Source: Candidatus Cloacimonadales bacterium
Lineage (GTDB): Bacteria > Cloacimonadota > Cloacimonadia > Cloacimonadales > JAIOQZ01
Assembly (NCBI GenBank): GCA_963662655.2
Contig: CAXXTU010000002.1
Span: forward strand, 3,584,001-3,648,000
Direction of reading: 5' to 3'
DNA: 64,000 nt
Shown: positions 57,408 to 64,000 of the stretch, in pieces
Numbering within the stretch: the first letter of the stretch is position 1
How the letters are laid out: every line of letters starts with the position of its first letter
Position numbers and translations under genes: made by a program
Notes under the pieces: model-generated
The model's input: only the letters and a program-made list of their open reading frames with translations
Databases searched by the model: none
Told to the model about the DNA's origin: nothing

Positions 57408-58256
57408 TTATTCGATCCCGGGTGTGAATTCGACAAGCTCCCATTGCTCCCAGCAATGAACGGTATCGATGATATTGCCGAGCTCATCCGTAAGTTGTTT
57501 CATCCCACCGTCTGCGTAATATTTGACCATACCCGGTGTGGAATAGTAAACAGTAAATACAGTTTCACACGGATCCCCACCAAAGGATAGAATGTACCGC
57601 TTCTCTACGCATGTATATGTATCTTCTGGCGTTGTGACATTCTGGTAGCCTGCAATCTCGTTCTCAATCGTAGATGTGGACTCCAAATCGGGTTGATAAG
57701 TCCATGTTGTGCCGACGGTTTGTGGATAGGGCAGTAGCATATTGGAATCGTAGTTGGGTATATTCGAATACCAGAAAATTTCGCGGTTCGCTACAGTTGC
57801 TCTTTCTGAAGAGAAGGATTGAATGAATCCAAAGGGACCTGCATGATGAGAGATTACATATCCGCCCCTGAAGTTTCCATAATTGCTGTAGCCCAGTTCA
57901 AATAAACCGTCGCTGCGATTCACGATATAATCAAAATGGTAGCCTGGATAGGACGTATCCTGACACGTTGATATCAGACGGATTGTTTGGATACTGTCCG
58001 GTGATAGCACGAGCGAATCGGCATCGATGTTGAAATAGTAATCAATTTCGCCACCGTTTTCTTCTGTTTCTCCTCCGATCTGGAACCCCGTAACGTGATA
58101 TTCCCAGTGAAATCCGAGCTGGAGAGGGTAAACAATTGAGATTACTTCCGGTTCTTCAGAGGATGAGGTGCTATCGTTGCATCCAGCGATAACAACCAAT
58201 ATACATGAACTGAAAACAACGAATACTGAACGACAGAAACTTTGTTGAAAAGACAT
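57408..58256 (-). CDS. Hypothetical lipoprotein
   Basis: VIAGC lipobox; YPLQLG.HWEY; VTTPEDTYTC...YYSTPGMVK (DUF3108/LolA-like beta pattern). Confidence 0.7.
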   Translation of the reverse strand: MSFQQSFCRSVFVVFSSCILVVIAGCNDSTSSSEEPEVISIVYPLQLGFHWEYHVTGFQIGGETEENGGEIDYYFNIDADSLVLSPDSIQTIRLISTCQDTSYPGYHFDYIVNRSDGLFELGYSNYGNFRGGYVISHHAGPFGFIQSFSSERATVANREIFWYSNIPNYDSNMLLPYPQTVGTTWTYQPDLESTSTIENEIAGYQNVTTPEDTYTCVEKRYILSFGGDPCETVFTVYYSTPGMVKYYADGGMKQLTDELGNIIDTVHCWEQWELVEFTPGIE

Positions 58257-58289
58257 GGTTTCTCCTTTCCTCTGCCTCTGCCTCTACGG

Positions 58290-59638
58290 TTATCGCAGAT
58301 AGAGGATTTTCTGTGTTTTCACGTATTTACCCGTCTTCATGCGAATGAGATATAAGCCGGAAGAAACCGGTCTCTTCGCCTGATCTCGGCAATCCCACAT
58401 CAAACGATGAACGCCTGCTTCGAACTTCGTGCCTGCAAGCGTTTCGATGCGCTGTCCTCGGATGTTGTAGATGTCGATCGCTACGACGGAAGGTTCCGAA
58501 AGGGCAAAGGATATACACGTTTCACCGTTAACCGGGTTTGGGTAGGCGGGGAATAGTTGCGTGATCCGTGGCGCTATCTCATCCGGATCGATCGAGACCT
58601 CGTCCAGCACCACCATGAACGTATCTCGGCAGGTAGCTCTGTCGATAGAGAGTTGGTTAACCGAGCGGTTATTGGTCGGCCTCGTTCTGGCGATATCGCA
58701 CACGGCGTTCACCTGATCGTCCGCCGTGACGATGATTTGCGTGGTTCCGAACCAGTTATCGGAAGCGGAAAACGTGACAGCGAGGTTGTCGACTTCCACG
58801 CCGATTTGCTCGTTGCCGCTTACGCTCAGTGTGACGGGATCTTCGTCGGGATCTGCGATATACGGCGAGAGGTCGATGGTCGTGACTTCGTTTTGCGGGA
58901 TGCTGAAGCTTGCAGGCAGGTTAATGATCGGAGGGAAATTCTCCGGCAGGTTGATGGTAATATTGTCAATGTACCATCCGCTGCTGGAGCTCGCGTTTGC
59001 ATCGATCAGGAAACCGAGCTGGATTCGTTGTCCGACATAATCGTTCAATGGGAAAAACGTGTAGGTCCAGGTATTGGATGAACCGGTGTAGGTTCCGTCG
59101 GCAAGTGTTGTCCAGTCCTCTTCACCTTCTGGTCTCACCTGGACATACAGCGCGTCGCTGCCACTCATGGAATACCAGTTGCGGAACCGCAAAGTCGGCG
59201 CAACAGCAGCCGGTGAAATTCGTATCATGGGACTGATTGCGCGGGAATATGCGTTGGAGTAATAGTTACCGTCCAGCACAGTAGCCAGGCAGTTCTGGCC
59301 CTCGTAGGCTGCGCCCGGTCCACTGGTGGGAGAGCCAACCTCCCAGGTGCCGTTGGAAATATACCAGTCGCCGAGACCGTCTTCCCAGCCCTCGGGATTA
59401 TTAAATACGGGCGCGCCAGTTAGTATCTCGATATTATCGATATACCAGCCTGGACCTTCGTCACTACCGGTATAGTTAGTATTTATTACATCAATCTCGA
59501 ATGCAATCTGAATCGTCTGACCGCCATACTCCCGAAGGTCAAAGGATGCGTGCGACCATATTCCGCTCGAATTCCGGTTTATATTACCGCTGATGTCAAT
59601 CCAATCATCGTTGTTTGATATATACGCGACCGCTGTCA
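58290..59638 (-). pseudogene. 5'-truncated secreted protein (jelly-roll/MAM-like, cadherin-like, FlgD/T9SS CTD), cut at the IS3 left end
   Basis: No signal peptide; the ORF start lies inside the IS inverted repeat; GWYIDNI twice; AYPNP...IYNIRGQ. Confidence 0.8.
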
Positions 59639-59729
59639 GAGAAGTGGTCACGGAAATTAGGACTTGCGTATTAGTGGAAATCTTGCTCCGATTGATCAGA
59701 GAGAGTGTGTGTGTTTAAGGAGTAAGCGA

Positions 59730-60032
59730 ATGAGAAGACCACGACGTAATCACTCGGCGACATTCAAGGCGAAAGTGGCTCTGGCCGCGCTCAAGGGCGA
59801 CCGGACGCTTGCCGAACTTGCAGCACAATTCGACGTACATCCCAACCAGATATCGGACTGGAAGCAGCAGATGCTGGACAACGCTTCTCAGGTTTTTGGC
59901 GGTCCGCGTAAGGACAAGGACAACGAACCCGACGTGAAGGCAATGCACGCCAAGATCGGCGAGCTGACCCTCGAGAATGATTTTTTAGAAAAGGCGCTCA
60001 TCAAGGCGGGAAAACTGAGCGCAAAGCGATGA
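59730..60032 (+). CDS. IS3 transposase OrfA (HTH)
   Basis: AAGGAG RBS; RRNHSATFKAKVALAAL...LAAQFDVHPNQISDWK. Confidence 0.9.
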   Translation: MRRPRRNHSATFKAKVALAALKGDRTLAELAAQFDVHPNQISDWKQQMLDNASQVFGGPRKDKDNEPDVKAMHAKIGELTLENDFLEKALIKAGKLSAKR

Positions 60033-60859
60033 TCGACCGCGACCACAAGCTGCCGGTAAGCCAGCAGTGCCGTGTTCTGAAGCTGTCTCGATCCAGCTTC
60101 TACTACCAACCCCGACCGCTCCAGGAGAACATCCTGAGGCTCATGCGGCGAATCGACGATCTGCATCTGGAATACCCGTTCGCAGGCGCAAGGATGCTGA
60201 GAGAAATGTTGTTTAGGGACGGGTGGAAAGTCGGGCGACGCCGTGTCGGCACGCTGATGAAGAAGATGGGCATCACCGCACTGTATCGCAAGCCCAACAC
60301 CAGCAAGCCGCATCCCGGGCACACGATTTACCCCTATCTGTTGCGCGATATGGAGATCACCCGACCGAACCAGGTCTGGACCGCCGACATCACGTATATC
60401 CCGATGAAACGGGGATCTGTCTATCTGTTCGCGGTGATGGACTGGTACTCGCGCCGCGTACTCGCCTGGCAGCTATCCAACACACTGAGCGCCGATTTCT
60501 GTGTCGAGACCGTCGAGGAAGCGATGCAAATACATGGTCGCCCCGAGATATTCAACACGGATCAGGGAAGCCAGTTTACGAGCGCAAAGTTCACCGGATT
60601 GCTCAAGGAAAATGGCGTTTCGATCAGTATGGACGGCAAGGGTTGCTGGCGGGACAACGTCTTTGTGGAGCGGCTTTGGAAGACATTCAAGTACGAGGAG
60701 GTTTATCTGAAGGCGTACGACAGCGTCAGCGACGCGCGAGGATCATAGCAGAAATATCTGGACTTCTATAACCGGATGCGGCCACACTCGGCTCACGGTG
60801 GTTGCACGCCTGATGAAATGTATCGAAAAGACTCGGAGCATCTACCTGATGCAGCATGA
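60029..60859 (+). pseudogene. IS3 transposase OrfB (DDE integrase core) with premature TAG
   Basis: W.ADITYI, FNTDQGSQF, DNVFVERLW; TAG at 60746-60748, then the frame continues QKYLDFYNRMRPHSAHGGCTPDEMY... Confidence 0.85.
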
Positions 60860-60926
60860 CATCAAACCCGGCAAGATTCCACTTATACATGACGGATTTC
60901 TGTCCATACTACCGGAGCCACTTCTC

Positions 60927-61608
60927 CCTATATCGCAATCCCGTGTCACTTGTCGTGGAGGCCGTAAATGATCCTCCGTACCTCATTGCTCCACTTCCCG
61001 ACACGACAGCCGTTCAGGATTTCGTTGTTCCAATCGAATATGTGCTGACCGATTATTTCGCGGATGAGGAAAGTGAATCACTTCAATTCACAGTGGATTT
61101 CAATTCAGAGGAGATAAACGCGCAAATCGACGGAGAGACGTTGTTACTGAACTCGGTGCCCGGATGGTTTGGAACGACGCAGATTGTAGTTACTGCTGAC
61201 GATGCGGAGGAGTATTTCCGCAACGCTGACAATATCGTGGAAGTGAAACGCCTTTATCGATCCACATGCAGTGACACGTTTCTCGTAGTTCTGGACGAAG
61301 TCTCAATCGATGATGATACGGACATGGTTTGGGATACGATGCTCTATCCTGCCTTCCCGAATCCGGTGAAGGGAGAGGCTCGCATTTCTTTCTCGATGAG
61401 AGAAGAAGGCAATGCAGAAGTCGCCGTTTACAACATCCGAGGTCAGAGAGTAACAACGCTTGCTTCAAGAAGATACGGCGTCGGTTCGCATGTGTTGATG
61501 TGGGATTGCCATGACCAAAAAGGATGCCCTGTGGCTTCGGGAGTATACTTCGTCCAAATGAAGGCTCACGGTCACTCGGACATACAGAAGATCATGTTAT
61601 TGAAGTAG
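60927..61608 (+). pseudogene. 5'-truncated secreted protein (cadherin-like + FlgD/T9SS CTD), cut at the IS3 right end
   Basis: Begins mid-domain (VSLVVEAVNDPP); paralogous to the C-terminus of the 2147-aa protein; AFPNP...VYNIRGQRV. Confidence 0.8.
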
Positions 61609-61863
61609 TATTTTTACCGCCAATGAGTAATGATTAGCATGTAAGGTTCTGGACAGATTCCTATCCATAGGCTATCGTGGTGTTCATGCGGAGTAAAAAA
61701 AGCGTTTCCCCAACGGAGTCGAAGGCTCGATGCTCGCGTTTTCGCATGCGAAATCACTCAGCATGGCAGGCAACGTCCCGGATTTGCCTTATCCAGCAAT
61801 GGTGAATATGCTTGACCAATAAATCGCCATTCAGAAAATTTATTCATTTTTCCAAGGAGAATC

Positions 61864-62943
61864 ATGGACATGCGCACAACACTACCTGTCGAAAGAATTG
61901 CCCGTGGGTTGATCAATATGACGAACAAACGTCCGTCGATGACGCTGGCGAACTTGCTGCTTACGTATCGCTGTACCCAGCGATGCAAGCAATGTACCGC
62001 CCCGGACATCAAGACACGGAACTCCTTTATGCGACTGGAGGACATGGAGATCATTCTCGACAGACTCTCGCGGCAGGGTACCCAGTGGATTTCACTTTCG
62101 GGCGGTGATCCGATGCTTCATCCTCAGCTCGACGAATGCGTCAGACTGGTGAAGAGCTATCGTTTTCTCCGGGTGCATCTACTCACAACGCTCTACGGGA
62201 CGGACGAGATGGTGGAGCGCGTTATCGATATCGTGCTGAGAAATCGGCTTTCAATCTCCTGCTCCTTCGATGGATACGGAGCGTTGGTGGACGATCTTCG
62301 CGGTGCGCCGAACGTGGCCGAGACCGTAGAGAGGAACATGAGGTGGCTCGATCGCGAGAACCGCAAGCTGCGCAAGCCGGTTCAAGCAGGCGTCAGCATC
62401 ACGCTCAATGCGCGAAATCTGAGCGAATTGCCGCGAATCCTCGGCTTGATCAAGGAACTCGGCTGGAGAGCGAACATCGATATCTATCGCTGGTCGTCCG
62501 TGCGCCAGAACGAGGTCGACGAGCTGAAGCTGAAGCCCAACGACGAATTGCGGGAGGCAATCGAGCTTGCAAAGAGCCACCCGAACGTGTTCACGCCATC
62601 CTGGTTGTTTGATGGTTTCATGGACTATCTGCGTGGAGATTACCCGAAATATTGCCCCTACCTCGATATGCCGACACTCGGAAGCAAATTCTTTATCAAT
62701 CCTGATGGCGACGTGGAAGTGTGCATCGGGGGAAGCGTCGGGAATATCCTGGAAAGCACGCCGGAAGAAATCTTCACCTCCGCAGCGTGGTGGAAGATGC
62801 TGCGTGAGTTCAAGAAGTGCGAAGGTTGCTGGAACACCTGTTATACGCTCTCGACAAGCATTCTCAAGGTCAAAGATCCGAAGGAAATCCTCAAAATGGC
62901 TCGCCTTGCCTTTCAAGTGAAGAAGGGTGTGAAGGCGAGATAA
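61864..62943 (+). CDS. Radical SAM protein with SPASM/twitch-like C-terminus
   Basis: CTQRCKQC (CxxxCxxC), SLSGGDP, FINPDGDVEVC, CEGCWNTC. Confidence 0.88.
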   Translation: MDMRTTLPVERIARGLINMTNKRPSMTLANLLLTYRCTQRCKQCTAPDIKTRNSFMRLEDMEIILDRLSRQGTQWISLSGGDPMLHPQLDECVRLVKSYRFLRVHLLTTLYGTDEMVERVIDIVLRNRLSISCSFDGYGALVDDLRGAPNVAETVERNMRWLDRENRKLRKPVQAGVSITLNARNLSELPRILGLIKELGWRANIDIYRWSSVRQNEVDELKLKPNDELREAIELAKSHPNVFTPSWLFDGFMDYLRGDYPKYCPYLDMPTLGSKFFINPDGDVEVCIGGSVGNILESTPEEIFTSAAWWKMLREFKKCEGCWNTCYTLSTSILKVKDPKEILKMARLAFQVKKGVKAR

Positions 62944-63079
62944 TACAATTTCTTGATTGAGACGCCATAAAGTAATTCGATACCACAAAAAGAGGGGAAG
63001 TGAGCTTCAAGTAGATTGTAGTTTTGGAACACTCATTGCAACAACATTGAGGAAACATAATCTACTACAGGAGTTCACG

Positions 63080-64000
63080 ATGAAACCTCTAATCCTCACC
63101 TTGTTGCTGTTCCTGTTTAGCATAGCGCTCTCCGCTGAGACGCTTCACTTCGATTACCATTTCGAACAACCCCGGATCGAGCATGTCTCAGGCAGAAGTC
63201 TCGTGCAGATTTCAGGCCTGACCGGCACCGGCGAGCCCGGCTTCCCTTCGCTACCTGCATTCGCGGTGAAAATCCTTCTCGATCCTTCACATACGATAGC
63301 CGATATCAATGTCGTGGGAGACGTGGAGCTCATTCCCCTGAGCGCCCCCATCTTCCCTGCTCAGCAGCAGTATCCTGCAAGCATGCTCGAAGAAATCACG
63401 CCGGCGTTTACAGCGATGTCGCATGATGTGAACGACATGCCCGTCTATCCGCTCGAGCGATTCGACAGCATTACATACGGTACGTTTCGCGGCTTCAGGA
63501 TCGCGACGTTTCTCATCTACCCCGCGCGATATCTTCCGGCACAGGACGTGCTGGAGTTTGCTCCAATTCTTCATATAACCGTCGAGACGGCGGTGGATAA
63601 CAATGTTTGCGATGTCTTTGTGCGTAAGGATGATCGAACGTTGCAGGCGCTTTCCAGGATGGTGGAGAATCCCGAAGCAAGTTCTTGCTATCAAGCATCC
63701 TCTCGCAGGAGCGATCGGGACGAATACGACTACCTGATTATCACGCCGGATTCTCTGGCGGAGGCTTTCTCACTTCTGGCCGAGTACAAGAGCAACCACG
63801 GCTTCGCAACGGAAATCGCGACCGTGGAAGACATCCTGGAGAGCACGGAAGGGATTGACGCCCAGGATAAAATCCGTAATTACATCATCAACGAATACGA
63901 AGAATGCGGGATCAGCTACCTCTTGCTGGGAGCCGACGACGAGTTTCTTCCGCATCGTGGATTCTGGTTGCGGGTTGGTGGAATCATCGAGCCGGACCTT
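63080..64000 (+). CDS. C25 (gingipain-family) cysteine peptidase with propeptide, partial
   Basis: CAGGAG RBS; MKPLILTLLL signal; GEPGFPSLP propeptide; SRRSDRDEYDYLIITP...KIRNYI...YLLLGAD; the frame is open to the window end. Confidence 0.88.
   Translation, partial: MKPLILTLLLFLFSIALSAETLHFDYHFEQPRIEHVSGRSLVQISGLTGTGEPGFPSLPAFAVKILLDPSHTIADINVVGDVELIPLSAPIFPAQQQYPASMLEEITPAFTAMSHDVNDMPVYPLERFDSITYGTFRGFRIATFLIYPARYLPAQDVLEFAPILHITVETAVDNNVCDVFVRKDDRTLQALSRMVENPEASSCYQASSRRSDRDEYDYLIITPDSLAEAFSLLAEYKSNHGFATEIATVEDILESTEGIDAQDKIRNYIINEYEECGISYLLLGADDEFLPHRGFWLRVGGIIEPDL

Larger units (their letters stand above)
59639..60926 (+). mobile_element. IS3-family insertion sequence (about 1.29 kb), probably defective
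   Basis: Imperfect terminal IRs GAGAAGTGGTCACGGAAATTAGGAC / GTCCATACTACCGGAGCCACTTCTC; orfA and orfB; TTTTTTA slippery site at 59981. Confidence 0.9.

Noticed and set aside
61740..61753. Palindrome TTTCGCATGCGAAA
   Set aside because: Single occurrence with no supporting context.
1..64000. Numerous antisense and alternate-frame ORFs in the track (e.g. 6476-7441, 21994-23310, 34940-35950)
   Set aside because: Shadows of well-supported genes, with no recognisable motifs.
1..64000. DGR template repeat, reverse transcriptase or avd within the window
   Set aside because: No AAC-rich non-coding copy of the VR and no RT motif seen; the AAC runs near 2970 and 51985 are ordinary Asn codons.

Overview
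Bacterial chromosomal window, most likely FCB-group and by inference Cloacimonadota: FlgD-like/T9SS-type C-terminal domains of the YNIKGQxV type, a PorV-like barrel and a C25 gingipain. It contains about 35 intact genes: a porV/M6-protease locus, several two-component genes, a GH13 alpha-amylase, an M29 aminopeptidase, an FKBP, a cyclase-STAND-TPR protein, a radical SAM enzyme and many large modular secreted proteins. It also holds tRNA-Leu(CAA), tRNA-Arg(ACG), a defective IS3 element between two truncated secreted-protein genes, and a patch of gene fragments at 13.3-14.4 kb. The most interesting candidate system is the minus-strand operon at 38.8-44.4 kb. A large secreted FN3 protein carries two tandem N-terminal peptides (GxxxSGPVxINT) resembling free Ig G-strands. 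It is followed by two paralogous FGE-sulfatase (C-type-lectin fold) proteins whose near-identical N-terminal Ig-like domain appears to lack its last strand. At least one of them has a C-terminus with a diversity-generating-retroelement (DGR) variable-repeat codon pattern. This suggests a donor-strand scaffold displaying hypervariable binders; no RT or template repeat is in the window. All product calls come from motif recognition by eye; no database searches were run.
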